Source: Candidatus Woesearchaeota archaeon
Lineage (GTDB): Archaea > Nanobdellota > Nanobdellia > Woesearchaeales > JAGVYF01
NCBI GenBank assembly: GCA_041650315.1
Contig: JBAZLJ010000002.1
Span: forward strand, 65,599-129,598
Length of the DNA: 64,000 bases
Direction of reading: 5' to 3'
This document shows, piece after piece, positions 19,266 through 29,595 of the stretch; position 1 is the first letter of the stretch; each line of letters starts with the position of its first letter. The position numbers and the translations under genes are program-made. The notes under the pieces are model-generated. The model saw only the letters and a program-made list of their open reading frames with translations. It had not been told where the DNA came from and ran no database searches.

Positions 19266-21200
19266 ATGCGACATATGTCACTAAGCTCGATAGTCAAAAA
19301 GCTACTTTTAACTTTTCCTCTGGTAATGTACCCTATGTTCACCGATTCTGCTGATGCTTTGAAAGACAAAAATTTACGTCCGTTGCCAAGGATAGAATGC
19401 GTGACTGAAAGCCCGAAAACCGAGCCCATAGAAAAGGATGAGGAATCGGGAATAGAATTGAGAGTATTGTACGGAACTGATAAAGGCAAAGGCCTCTATA
19501 GAATAACTGCAATCGCCCAGGATACGAAAGGAAAGAAAAAGGGCATCAAGAAAATAGAATTATATGAAAACGGAAAAAGAATACATACATCTAACACTAG
19601 ATTCCTTACTGCAGATATCAAACGCAAAAAGAATCCAGCCAAATATAATCTGGCTATAATAGATAGCGATGGAAATATGTATATCACGAAACCGGCGGAA
19701 ATTTTATCTGAAGTTTTGAAAGTACCGCCCATGTTATTATTAGCGTTCAAAAAAGACAAAAATCATCTTATCGATGGATACACACCTTCTTTTGGCGAAG
19801 CTGGATATTTCAAAAACTATGATAAGAATTCATTGAAGTTCAAGCTAGGAGAAACTGAAGTGATAATACCTGCGATGAAGGATGAAAAAGCCAAATGTCT
19901 GAAGTGTCATAATCCTCAGGCATTGCAGAATACGATTGGACAAAAACTCGCACTCTATGAGAATATGGTCCTGAGATTATGGGACACAAATCAAAAGTTA
20001 TCACTTAGGCAGATTATTTTGAATCCTGCTGATATATCAAAGATAACTGAGAAGGATATAAAGAACATAGAAGAAGCAATGGTTAAAGAAGGGCTTACCG
20101 AACGGCAGAAAGAGATGTACAAAAGAATGTTCAATGGGGGCGGTTCTGATGGTGTCTATTATACTGATAAGCATTTCATCGCGACCATGATTGGACCCAG
20201 ACTTGAATCAATACTTCTCCACGAATTCACGCACGCTCTACAGCGGCAAACACCTATAAAGCTTTCAAAGACCGGAGAAAAGCATTTGCCTAGCAACATG
20301 ACTTTATGCGAGCCGTTTGCATATTACATCTCTGCGCTCACTGAAGAGACAGCCCCACTTATATGGATCATTGATGAAATAAAAGCCACTGAAAATAGGC
20401 ATTCGGACCAGACTGAGTTCGTAAAAGAAATAGTGAGAACTTATTGCCATTATTTCGACAAAGATGATTTCGATCCGGAAGCGTTTGCGAAAGCAGTAGA
20501 CACAATGGAAGATAAGACTTTACCCATGATGCGAAAAACATTCCTGGAATACAACCAGAATGTGTTGGCCATGGATACATTAGCCATTGAAGCGCAAAGC
20601 CACGAATTCCCTTTAGAAGCCATTATCGCTGCAAATTTCAATCCTATAATAACAGATACTGATCCTAAAAAAGTTGAGGAAGGAGTTATAAAATGCAATG
20701 AGCTTTGGGACACCTATCGGCTCAAGACAGAACAAATGACTTTACCTATAGTCAGAGAGCAGAGTAATTCATATCTTGCTGGCGGAGATGGCATCAAAGA
20801 GAATCTGATGACCAATGTCAAATCCGCGCAGTATCTAATTAAAGAGAGTCTATTGGAAGCGGGGTACAGCAAGAGAGAAGTATTGCAGATATACCACACT
20901 TTCCTCAAGCAAAGATTTAGTGATGGAAATGGTAACTTCAATTATGAGCCTGATACGCAGAAGATGATGGTTGTGCTCGAATTAAGATTCCAGAGAGCAT
21001 GGACACATTATGTGTGCGAAAAAGCGAATAGCGAAGATGATGAAAGCGACGCTATCATGACTCCTGAGAGCAAGGCAAAAATGGAAGCATGGATGACAAC
21101 CTCTGAGAATTCCGAAGTCAAAGCGTTATACGCCGAGAAGAAAAGACTGGAATCTAAACTTTCTCCAAGTCCAGTTCAAGGAAATGCGTCGAGCAACTGA
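19266..21200 (+). CDS. Secreted hypothetical protein with a zincin HExxH motif
   Basis: Signal-like N-terminus, LLHEFTHAL plus downstream E (CEPFA), single CLKCH. Confidence 0.65.
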   Translation: MRHMSLSSIVKKLLLTFPLVMYPMFTDSADALKDKNLRPLPRIECVTESPKTEPIEKDEESGIELRVLYGTDKGKGLYRITAIAQDTKGKKKGIKKIELYENGKRIHTSNTRFLTADIKRKKNPAKYNLAIIDSDGNMYITKPAEILSEVLKVPPMLLLAFKKDKNHLIDGYTPSFGEAGYFKNYDKNSLKFKLGETEVIIPAMKDEKAKCLKCHNPQALQNTIGQKLALYENMVLRLWDTNQKLSLRQIILNPADISKITEKDIKNIEEAMVKEGLTERQKEMYKRMFNGGGSDGVYYTDKHFIATMIGPRLESILLHEFTHALQRQTPIKLSKTGEKHLPSNMTLCEPFAYYISALTEETAPLIWIIDEIKATENRHSDQTEFVKEIVRTYCHYFDKDDFDPEAFAKAVDTMEDKTLPMMRKTFLEYNQNVLAMDTLAIEAQSHEFPLEAIIAANFNPIITDTDPKKVEEGVIKCNELWDTYRLKTEQMTLPIVREQSNSYLAGGDGIKENLMTNVKSAQYLIKESLLEAGYSKREVLQIYHTFLKQRFSDGNGNFNYEPDTQKMMVVLELRFQRAWTHYVCEKANSEDDESDAIMTPESKAKMEAWMTTSENSEVKALYAEKKRLESKLSPSPVQGNASSN

Positions 21201-22428
21201 TGCAAGGATCGTACGCCCTGATAAGTTTTTCTAACTCTAATTTTATTTCATCTTTTGATTTATTGAGAATTGTCGGAAGATAGATTTTAATTGATTCTTG
21301 CAGGTTCAGAAGATTCTGCGATGTCGGAGTCGTGATGTTCGCATACGTGCATTTGCCGTCTTTATCGAACTTGTATTTGTGGAATAAGATTCCTCTTGGA
21401 GCTTCGGATGCGCCTACGCCGATGCTCGCTTTCGGCGTGATTAGTTTTGGTGATTCCTGCTTGAGCTTCATGTTTTCTAGGATTTCAATGCTTCTTCTGA
21501 CACCTTCGTGGACTTCAATCGCCTGCGCTATGTTGTTCATATAAGGCGAGAATTTGTGCTTGAGCAATTTATCCGCTAATTTGATCGAATAATTGGATAA
21601 TTGGTCTTTGTTATTGTATAATCTTGACAATGCGCCGACCATGTAGCTCTTTCCGTCCTTCATGACGAATTCTGCAGTCGAATCCTCTTGGAAGAATTCC
21701 TTAAAGTGTTGTTCATAATCTTTTGTCTGGAAGCATTTGTCTTCCTGGCAAGCCACTATGTCTGATGAATCGAAATATGCTCCGCCCCCTAACGCGACTA
21801 GAAGTTTCTGATGCTCAAAATGAGGATAGTTAAGTTCTGAGAATAATTCAACAGTCTCTTTCGCATCTTTCTGCACTGCTAATAGCTGCGTTAATAATGT
21901 ATCAACCGCTTTCTGGTCAGGAATTCTTGAGATCCCGCCAGGGATGACGGCGATAGGATGTATGTCACGTCCCCCGAGTACGTTTACCATCGCATTGCCT
22001 GCCCTCTTTATCCTTAACGCTTTTTCTATCTCAGGCTTGTATTTAGGAAGCATATCTAGCGCGCTGCTATGGCCCGTATAATCAGGCAGTGTGAGGAAAT
22101 ATAAATGCAGGACGTGACTCTGTATCAATCCGCCGATGTTGATGAGTTCCCTCAATAAGCTTGTTTGTGGACTAACCCTAACGCCGAACGCATTCTCAAT
22201 TGCTTTGACTGAAGTCAGTGTGTGCACAGGTGAGCATACGCCACAGATTCTTGAGGAGATATTTGGAAGATCGTTCCACAATTTATTTTTGAGAATTCCT
22301 TCAAAGTATCTCGAGCCTTCGAAAATATTTAATGAAGCTTCTTTCACTTCGCCTTTATCGATTCTGATATGCAGTTTAGCATGGCCTTCAATTTTCGTTA
22401 CGTGGTCCAGCTTGATAGTCCTTGTCAT
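21154..22428 (-). CDS. hydA: [NiFe] hydrogenase large subunit, group 3b-like
   Basis: TKIEGH, L1 RICGVC, EAPRG, L2 DPCISCSTH with a short C-terminal extension. Confidence 0.92.
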   Translation of the reverse strand: MTRTIKLDHVTKIEGHAKLHIRIDKGEVKEASLNIFEGSRYFEGILKNKLWNDLPNISSRICGVCSPVHTLTSVKAIENAFGVRVSPQTSLLRELINIGGLIQSHVLHLYFLTLPDYTGHSSALDMLPKYKPEIEKALRIKRAGNAMVNVLGGRDIHPIAVIPGGISRIPDQKAVDTLLTQLLAVQKDAKETVELFSELNYPHFEHQKLLVALGGGAYFDSSDIVACQEDKCFQTKDYEQHFKEFFQEDSTAEFVMKDGKSYMVGALSRLYNNKDQLSNYSIKLADKLLKHKFSPYMNNIAQAIEVHEGVRRSIEILENMKLKQESPKLITPKASIGVGASEAPRGILFHKYKFDKDGKCTYANITTPTSQNLLNLQESIKIYLPTILNKSKDEIKLELEKLIRAYDPCISCSTHFLELDLEKV

Positions 22429-23204
22429 TTCCTGCACACCTTCTTTTTCTTCCCGCATGATTCACATTTCTCGCTGATGTCGGCGAACTTATGCATCTTG
22501 TTGCAGATATCTTCATCTGTCAATCCCCATGATTTGAATAATTGAACTTCCGCAGGGAAATTCGCTGACGGCAATGGCCCTCTGCACATTATGCAAGGAA
22601 TATCATCCTTTGTGCAGATCGCATCGCACCCGCCGTGCGTGACTGCGCCTAAGCAAACTACTTTCTTTAGCAGATAACAATCTTTTCCTCTTTTAGGACA
22701 TTGGTCGCAAACACTGCCCTGGAACTCTTTTAGAACTTTCTTTTTTAGATAAGTGTTAAGGAAATCGACGAACTCTTTCTTTATTATCGGACATCCGCGC
22801 ATATGGTAATCGACTTTCACAATCTTGTCGATTGGCTGGACGTCGATGGAATCTTTCAGCATCTTCTGATTGTATACATAACGTTCTAGTTCTTTGTTCT
22901 CGACGTAATTGCGCATCGCGGGGATTCCGCCGTTGACTGCGCATGCGCCTAATGCGACAACAAACTTTGATTTTTTTCTTATTATTTTGAGTTTTCTTAT
23001 TTCGCGCTTTGTCGTGATTGCGCCTTCGATAAACGCGATATCGAACTTCGCATCCCTGTTCTTCTCTTTCAGAAGATGGAAGTATTGGACATCAAACTTC
23101 TTCAAGATGTCAAGTATCTTCTCTATGAACAATACTGTGAATTGGCAGCCTTGACAGCAGGTGAATGAGAAAAATCCTATTGATAGTTTTTTTTTACTAG
23201 GCAT
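22425..23204 (-). CDS. hydD: [NiFe] hydrogenase small subunit, group 3b delta-like
   Basis: CCQGC, IEGAI, LGACAVNGG, GCP, VCDQC, CLGAVTHGGC, CIMCRG. Confidence 0.9.
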   Translation of the reverse strand: MPSKKKLSIGFFSFTCCQGCQFTVLFIEKILDILKKFDVQYFHLLKEKNRDAKFDIAFIEGAITTKREIRKLKIIRKKSKFVVALGACAVNGGIPAMRNYVENKELERYVYNQKMLKDSIDVQPIDKIVKVDYHMRGCPIIKKEFVDFLNTYLKKKVLKEFQGSVCDQCPKRGKDCYLLKKVVCLGAVTHGGCDAICTKDDIPCIMCRGPLPSANFPAEVQLFKSWGLTDEDICNKMHKFADISEKCESCGKKKKVCRK

Positions 23205-23423
23205 GCACTTTTCAAGGGATTTTGAATATATAAAGATTAGCAATAATCTGATAGATAATCTATTTTCTAGTAGCATTGGACTGCGGAACTACTGCTGTAG
23301 TTCTAGCCCATTGCTTATACAATTAATTATATATTTTCAACAAGCACTGGACATTCTCCCTAGTGCACTGGACATTCGTGAAACTTATAAACATAGAATT
23401 TGAAAAATGTTCCGGTGATCTGA

Positions 23424-24224
23424 ATGACTCCGGAAAAAGCATTAGTGGCTTTTCAAGATAGAAAGATAAGAAGAGCATGGCATAATGATGAATGGTATTA
23501 CTCAGTAGTTGATGTTGTTGAAGCTTTGACTGAAAGCCCCAGCCCTAGACAATATTGGGGCGTCCTTAAAGGAAGAGAAATTCAGTTGTTAACAATTTGT
23601 TTACAACTGAAATTATTATCTGCAGATGGTAAATATTATAATACGGATTGCGCCAATACTAAATCAATATTCAGGATAATCCAATCAATTCCATCTCCGA
23701 AAGCGGAACCTTTCAAACTATGGCTGGCGCAATTAGGGCAGGAAAGGATTGAAGAGATAAGGAATCCAGAACTCGCTATCGAAAGGGCGCGCAGATATTA
23801 CGAAATTAAAGGATACCCGTTGAACTGGATCCTAAAACGTCTACCATCTATCTCTATACGGAATGAACTTACAGATGAATGGAAAAGCAGAGGCATATCA
23901 AAAGATAAGGATTTCGCTATACTCACTGATGAGATATCTAAGACGATATTCGACGCTAGTGTAGATGAGCATAAAAGATTGAAGAGGATTGACAAAGGCA
24001 ATCTGCGCGACAATATGGTTGATTGGGAACTATTGTTAACAATATTAGGCGAGAAAGCCGCAGTTGATATAACTGTTGCAAAAAATTCCAAAGGATTCTC
24101 GGAATGCGAGAAATCAGCTTTGGAAGGCGCTGAAATCGCGAAGAACGCTCGCAAAGAATTGGAGAAGAAGATAGGTAAATCCACTATCTCAACTAAGAAA
24201 ATAATAGAGTGCAAAAATAAATAA
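23424..24224 (+). CDS. Bro-N domain (phage antirepressor-like) protein
   Basis: IRRAWHNDEWYYSVVDVV, RIIQSIPSPKAEPFKLWLA, NLRDNM. Confidence 0.9.
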   Translation: MTPEKALVAFQDRKIRRAWHNDEWYYSVVDVVEALTESPSPRQYWGVLKGREIQLLTICLQLKLLSADGKYYNTDCANTKSIFRIIQSIPSPKAEPFKLWLAQLGQERIEEIRNPELAIERARRYYEIKGYPLNWILKRLPSISIRNELTDEWKSRGISKDKDFAILTDEISKTIFDASVDEHKRLKRIDKGNLRDNMVDWELLLTILGEKAAVDITVAKNSKGFSECEKSALEGAEIAKNARKELEKKIGKSTISTKKIIECKNK

Positions 24225-25331
24225 TTATACTCTGCAAGTCTTACACTTTTTTGAGACTCTCGCTTTCGCTACGTCCATTGCTGCTATCCTTGGCGGGACT
24301 TTTCTTTTCTTTGCTAATTCTAATACTTCTTTAGTGTTCTGCTTGACTTTCTGCTCAACTAATTTGAACATAGTCTTTGTCGAGCCGTTAATGAATTCAA
24401 CGTATGAACTTATTACGCCGCCTGCGTTTGCTACGAAGTCCGGAACTACTATAATTCCTTTCTTGTGCAGCTTGTATTCAGTGTCGTGCCCCATAGGGAT
24501 GTTTGATCCTTCGACTAATAATTTGTACTTTATCCTGTTAACATCTTTAGGTTTCACTAGATCAGGAATAGCTGCAGTGACTAGCATGTCTGCTTTGATA
24601 TCAAGAATCTTATCTGAAGGCATTACCTTTCCTTCTTTGTATTTTACAACTGAACCTTGCTTCTTTTTTACATCTGCGAGTTTCTTGAAATCAAGTCCGT
24701 TTTCATTGTAGATGAGTCCTTGCGAGTCTGATGTTGCTATTAATTTCGCGCCGGCATCGCACAGATGCTTTGCCGCGAACCAGCCGACATTGCCAAAGCC
24801 TTCGACTGCGAATGTTATGTCTTTTACATTTAATCCCAGGTGTTTAATTGCCACTAAAGCTGAATGGTACACACCGAAACCTGTACTGCCTAATTCGTGC
24901 GGGATTCCGCCGAGGTTCTTGGGCTTGCCTGTTACTACACATCTATTTTTTAGACGTTTAGAAATCCAGCCCATCTCTTCCTCTGCCATGTACATGTCAG
25001 GAGCTGCGACGTATTTATGTGGCGCAATATCTCTTAACGCATCTGCATAAGCTTCAACCAATTCTTTCTTTCTTTGCTTTGTGAGTTTCTTAGAATCTGC
25101 AATTATTCCTGACTTGGCTCCGCCGAACGGCAAACCTGCCAATGCACATTTCCAGGTCATCGCTCTTGCGAGCCTTGCGACTTCATCAACATCAACAGTT
25201 GGTGTCATCCTGATGCCGCCTTTACCAGGACCTAGCGCAGTATTATCAATGACAATGACTGCGTGCATATCTGCTTTAGGATTATAGACTTGAATGATCA
25301 TCTCTGGGCCGAAGCCGTCATAATCTATCAT
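24225..25331 (-). CDS. gdhA: Glu/Leu/Phe/Val dehydrogenase
   Basis: GPGKGGIR, MTWKCA, GGAKSG, EGFGNVG, PDFVANAGGV. Confidence 0.9.
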   Translation of the reverse strand: MIDYDGFGPEMIIQVYNPKADMHAVIVIDNTALGPGKGGIRMTPTVDVDEVARLARAMTWKCALAGLPFGGAKSGIIADSKKLTKQRKKELVEAYADALRDIAPHKYVAAPDMYMAEEEMGWISKRLKNRCVVTGKPKNLGGIPHELGSTGFGVYHSALVAIKHLGLNVKDITFAVEGFGNVGWFAAKHLCDAGAKLIATSDSQGLIYNENGLDFKKLADVKKKQGSVVKYKEGKVMPSDKILDIKADMLVTAAIPDLVKPKDVNRIKYKLLVEGSNIPMGHDTEYKLHKKGIIVVPDFVANAGGVISSYVEFINGSTKTMFKLVEQKVKQNTKEVLELAKKRKVPPRIAAMDVAKARVSKKCKTCRV

Positions 25332-25440
25332 GATGGAACACCTCTATTTTGAATATAATGATACTGATAGAATATTTAGTATTTTCTTATATATAAAACA
25401 TTAAGTTTTTAAATCGTAATAGATACTGCAGTATATAATC

Positions 25441-26976
25441 ATGGAACTAGCCAAAGCTATGAAGGACGGCGAACTTGTGCCTGAAAATCAATGGAAGGCG
25501 CATATCGATAGTTTGCAATCCAATGGTCGCGGCAGCAAAGGCGCAGTTAGCAAAGCTTTAGTTTCTGCAGTTAGTAAAAGAATTCCTAAGAAGAAGTTCG
25601 CAATTATGTTTTCAGGCGGAGTGGATAGTTCACTGATTGCTTACTTATGCAAGAAAGCGAATGCTGATTTTGTTTGTTACGCTGTCGGCATTGAAAATTC
25701 CACTGATCTTGTGCAAGCAAAGACTGCTGCAGAAGAGATGGGATTGAAACTCGTTTCTAAAGAATATTCACTCGATGAAGCGGAAGTCATAATCAAAAAA
25801 GTAGTAAAGCTTGTCGGCACTGATCCTGTAGCAGTTGGAGTAGGCTGTGTTGTATACGCGTGCATGGAACTGGCTAAGAAAGACAAAATCAATACATTCT
25901 TCACCGGATTAGGCTCAGAAGAGATTTTCGCGGGATATGAAAGACATAAAGTCGATGATATCAATGCAGAATGCTGGAACGGATTGAAAGCAATGTATCA
26001 ACGTGATTTCCTTAGAGATTTCGCTATCGCTAAATCATTCGGCGCTAAAGTATTGACGCCTTTCTTAGATTCTGATCTAATCAAAGAAGCAATGCTCATA
26101 CCTGGCGCTCAAAAAATAAAAGGTGATGTGAAAAAATACATACTTCGCGAAATTGCTGAAGAACTCGGCTTGCCTAAAGAAATCGCCTGGCGCAAGAAGA
26201 TGGCGGCGCAGTACGGAAGCAAGTTCGACAGAGCAATATCAAGACTCGCGCATAGGATGAATATGAAATTCAAGAAAGAATATCTATGCTCTTTGGTGAA
26301 ATTAGGGGCATTATTCAGCTCAGGCAAAGATAGCACCTACGCTTTGTATCTAATGCAGAAGCAAGGCTATGATGTCAGATGCTTGATAACTATCAAAAGC
26401 AAGAATACTGCTTCGTTCATGTTTCATACTCCTAACATAGACATGACCAAGTATCAAGCAGAAGCTTTGGAATTGCCATTGATGACTTTTGAGACTAAAG
26501 GTGAGAAAGAAATTGAGTTAAAAGATCTCGAATCTGCTATCAAAAAAGCTAAAACAAAATATGACCTTGACGGCATCATAACAGGCGCATTATTCTCTGA
26601 ATATCAAGCTAGCAGAATTATCAAATTATGCGAAGGATTGGGATTGAAATGTTATTCACCATTGTGGCACATGGATCAGGAGACTGAAGTTCGCGAAATA
26701 ATCAAAGCGGGTTTCAAAATTGTGTTGACTGCAGTCGCTGCTGAAGGTTTGAACAAGAAGTGGCTCGGCAGAGTCCTAACAGAGAAAGATGTGGATGCTC
26801 TCGTCGCTGTTCACAGGAAAGTCGGCATCAATATAGCTGGCGAAGGCGGAGAGTTTGAGTCATTGGTCATTGACGGACCTAACTTCAAAAAAAGATTAGA
26901 GATACTTGATTCTGAGATTATTGAAGAGAACGAAAATACTGCTTTATTGCGAATAAAGAAAGCAAAATTGTGCTGA
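25441..26976 (+). CDS. Asparagine synthase C-domain fused to diphthine--ammonia ligase (Dph6)
   Basis: Two PP-loops: FSGGVDSS ... TGLGSEEIFAGY (AsnB) and FSSGKDS ... FMFHTP ... AGEGGEFES (Dph6). Confidence 0.88.
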   Translation: MELAKAMKDGELVPENQWKAHIDSLQSNGRGSKGAVSKALVSAVSKRIPKKKFAIMFSGGVDSSLIAYLCKKANADFVCYAVGIENSTDLVQAKTAAEEMGLKLVSKEYSLDEAEVIIKKVVKLVGTDPVAVGVGCVVYACMELAKKDKINTFFTGLGSEEIFAGYERHKVDDINAECWNGLKAMYQRDFLRDFAIAKSFGAKVLTPFLDSDLIKEAMLIPGAQKIKGDVKKYILREIAEELGLPKEIAWRKKMAAQYGSKFDRAISRLAHRMNMKFKKEYLCSLVKLGALFSSGKDSTYALYLMQKQGYDVRCLITIKSKNTASFMFHTPNIDMTKYQAEALELPLMTFETKGEKEIELKDLESAIKKAKTKYDLDGIITGALFSEYQASRIIKLCEGLGLKCYSPLWHMDQETEVREIIKAGFKIVLTAVAAEGLNKKWLGRVLTEKDVDALVAVHRKVGINIAGEGGEFESLVIDGPNFKKRLEILDSEIIEENENTALLRIKKAKLC

Positions 26977-27215
26977 TTTATAGCATTCAAAATATATTAT
27001 TTCAAACCGCAAAGTATATAAACTTAGTCGTGCTAAATTAAAAGCTAGGAGAGCAAGTTTTTGGCGAAACTTGTTTCCTTTTGGCGATAAAAAGTTTGGC
27101 GTTTGTATAATGACTGTTTCTAAGAAATCATAGTCTTAAATGTATTTAAGAATTGTGGTGGTAGGAAATACAATCACTATATTAGAAATAAACAAAACAG
27201 GGGGAATGGTAGAAA

Positions 27216-28283
27216 ATGATGGAATTTATGGTGGAAAATGCTATGAAAGGCAGCCAAGACCTAACAGCCTTGGTAGGACAAGCTAATATCAAAGTAATTG
27301 GTTGTGGCGGGGCAGGCAACAATGTAGTAAGTTGGCTGTATAAAAAAGGAATACGTGGCGCAGAAATTATAGCATGCAACACGGACAAACAACATTTGAC
27401 AATAAGTGAAGCTGACAAGAAATTCTTGATCGGTAAAGAATTGACAAGAGGTCTTGGATGCGGCGGTTTCCCAGAAAGGGGCGCAGAAGCAGCTAAAGAG
27501 AGCATGAGCGAAATAAAAGAAGCTCTAAAAGGCTCTGATATGGTATTCGTATGCGCAGGAATGGGCGGCGGTACAGGTACAGGTTCAGCACCAGTCGTAG
27601 CTCAAGTAGCTAAAGACACAGGCGCAATCGTAATCGGAACAGTAACAATGCCTTTCAAGATCGAAAGAGCTAGAGTAGACAAAGCTGAATTCGGTTTACA
27701 GCAATTGAGGCAAGTATCCGATACAGTAATCGTTATCGATAACAACAGGCTAGTGCAAATCGCTGGAAATCTTCCAGTACAGCAAGCATTCGCAGTAGCT
27801 AACGAGCTAGTTTCTACAATGATTAAAGGAATCGTAGAGACTATCGCAGTACCTTCATTGGTCAACTTGGATTATGCGGACGTTAAAGCAATCATGACTA
27901 ACGGCGGAGTAGCTGCTATCGGCGTCGGTTCATCCGATACCAATAACAGAGTAGAAGAAGCAGTCAAAGGCGCTTTGAGCAATCCTTTGCTTGACATCAG
28001 CTATGAAGGCGCGACAGGCGCTCTTATCCACGTATCCGGCGGAGCAGATATGACTCTTGAAGATATCAACAGAGTAGGTGAATTAGTCACTGAATCATTG
28101 GATGAAGACGCAAACGTTATCTGGGGAGCCAGAGTATGCGACGACCTTAAAGGAAGATTGATTGTAATGACAATCATCACAGGCGTCAAATCTCCATGGA
28201 TACTGGGCAAGCTTGATAAAAAGCATGCAGCAGTAGAAGCTCATCAGATGAGTAAAGAGCTCGGCATAGAAATCGTAAGGTAG
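27216..28283 (+). CDS. ftsZ: Cell division protein FtsZ
   Basis: GCGGAGNN, tubulin signature GGGTGTG, NLDYADV. Confidence 0.97.
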   Translation: MMEFMVENAMKGSQDLTALVGQANIKVIGCGGAGNNVVSWLYKKGIRGAEIIACNTDKQHLTISEADKKFLIGKELTRGLGCGGFPERGAEAAKESMSEIKEALKGSDMVFVCAGMGGGTGTGSAPVVAQVAKDTGAIVIGTVTMPFKIERARVDKAEFGLQQLRQVSDTVIVIDNNRLVQIAGNLPVQQAFAVANELVSTMIKGIVETIAVPSLVNLDYADVKAIMTNGGVAAIGVGSSDTNNRVEEAVKGALSNPLLDISYEGATGALIHVSGGADMTLEDINRVGELVTESLDEDANVIWGARVCDDLKGRLIVMTIITGVKSPWILGKLDKKHAAVEAHQMSKELGIEIVR

Positions 28284-28448
28284 ATACCTTACTTTTTTTC
28301 ATTTTAAGCTCGTACAGGCTCTTGCTCATATGAACTTCTCATGATACCCCCAACATATCTAAAATTCATGGGGCAAGGCCTTTTTTCTTCTCTTTTTATT
28401 GATTTTTAATTGACTAGAATTAAGTTAAATGTGATTCGAAAAAAAAGC

Positions 28449-28614
28449 TTATTCTATGATTATCTTATGTTCAGTCTGAGAAACATCTATCTCACAGCTT
28501 TTTGACTTCGCAAAAACCTGGGAAAACACTGAGACATGCGTTCGCTTCGCTCACTTAGTCTCAACAGAATTATTCTATAATAATCTTATGCTCGTTCTGA
28601 GAAACATCTATCTC
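28449..28614. repeat. 45-bp imperfect duplication of a gene 3' end bracketing a hairpin insert
   Basis: 28449..28493 vs 28570..28614 are 40/45 identical. The insert contains GTGAGCGAAGCGAAC on the minus strand. Confidence 0.85.
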
Positions 28615-28845
28615 TTTCAAATCATTGACTACAATATCAGAACCCCTTGGTAGATATTTAACATCGTGATTCTTGAAAACTACGCTCATTACATTATGGA
28701 ATTCCAATGTCTTTGTAGGAACTTCTACAGTCTTATGCGCGTCATTAATCTTGAAGAGCTTAACCTCTACCATATACGGATATTCATCGTTCTCTGGAGA
28801 TTCTTTTCTCCTGCATACGATAATGCTCTTCGCTTTGTATTTCAT
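28570..28845 (-). CDS. Hypothetical protein
   Basis: 91-aa ORF. The duplicate of its 3' end shows mostly synonymous changes, which supports coding. Confidence 0.75.
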   Translation of the reverse strand: MKYKAKSIIVCRRKESPENDEYPYMVEVKLFKINDAHKTVEVPTKTLEFHNVMSVVFKNHDVKYLPRGSDIVVNDLKEIDVSQNEHKIIIE

Positions 28846-29058
28846 AGGTGATACAGAAATTGCTGGATTTAAAAATGTTGCGGATTAAAAATTGTGAAAA
28901 GCCTCAGGGGAGAACCTGGTTTCAGGTGCACTTCCCACGGCTTTGTAGTATTCTTATGCCACTTTAGATAATGTGCTAGTATTTATTATTTTCTGTCTGC
29001 GATTAAATATTATTAGTATGTAATATACAGATATACTAATTGGAGAGTTATAATAAAA

Positions 29059-29595
29059 TTATTCAGAATCTAAGCTCTCAGATAATTCAAAATCGTCTCT
29101 TATCTCCCCATATAATGGAAAATCAAAATTGCAACATAGTGCAGGTTTGTTCTTTTTTTGACAAGAAACAAAGTTTTGACAAATACCCTCATTTGCCTTT
29201 TTAAGGACGTATCTTATTCCTTTTTTATGCTTAATTATCTCTTTTTTAATTTTACCCCTACATATTAATTGAGTCACATATCCCCTAATCAAATCACCAT
29301 GCGTTAAATCTGTAATATCTAATTTTTCTATGATTTTTCTTATATTAAATGAAACATCTGCTAATTTTTCATCAATTACATTACTTACTTTGATAAATCC
29401 GCTTTTTTGCTCATTAGCTATAAAATTCTTATTTTTTACATATGATTCGGCATTACTTCTTTTACAGTATCTTTGTTCAGTTTTCACGTATTTTGCGGCA
29501 GGCTCACTTCGTGCTTCAGCGAGGGTAGTTGTTGATTGAATAGTATGTGGGCTTTTTTCAATCATTTCTTCTTCTGTTCTCCAGACTTTAACCAT
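29059..29595 (-). CDS. Hypothetical protein (element cargo)
   Basis: AT-rich 178-aa ORF with a Cys cluster near the C-terminus. Confidence 0.6.
   Translation of the reverse strand: MVKVWRTEEEMIEKSPHTIQSTTTLAEARSEPAAKYVKTEQRYCKRSNAESYVKNKNFIANEQKSGFIKVSNVIDEKLADVSFNIRKIIEKLDITDLTHGDLIRGYVTQLICRGKIKKEIIKHKKGIRYVLKKANEGICQNFVSCQKKNKPALCCNFDFPLYGEIRDDFELSESLDSE

Noticed and set aside
23270..23380. Hairpin and 13-bp repeat GCACTGGACATTC x2 upstream of the Bro-N gene
   Set aside because: Short, with only two copies. Could be an operator or a degenerate hairpin element, but evidence is insufficient.
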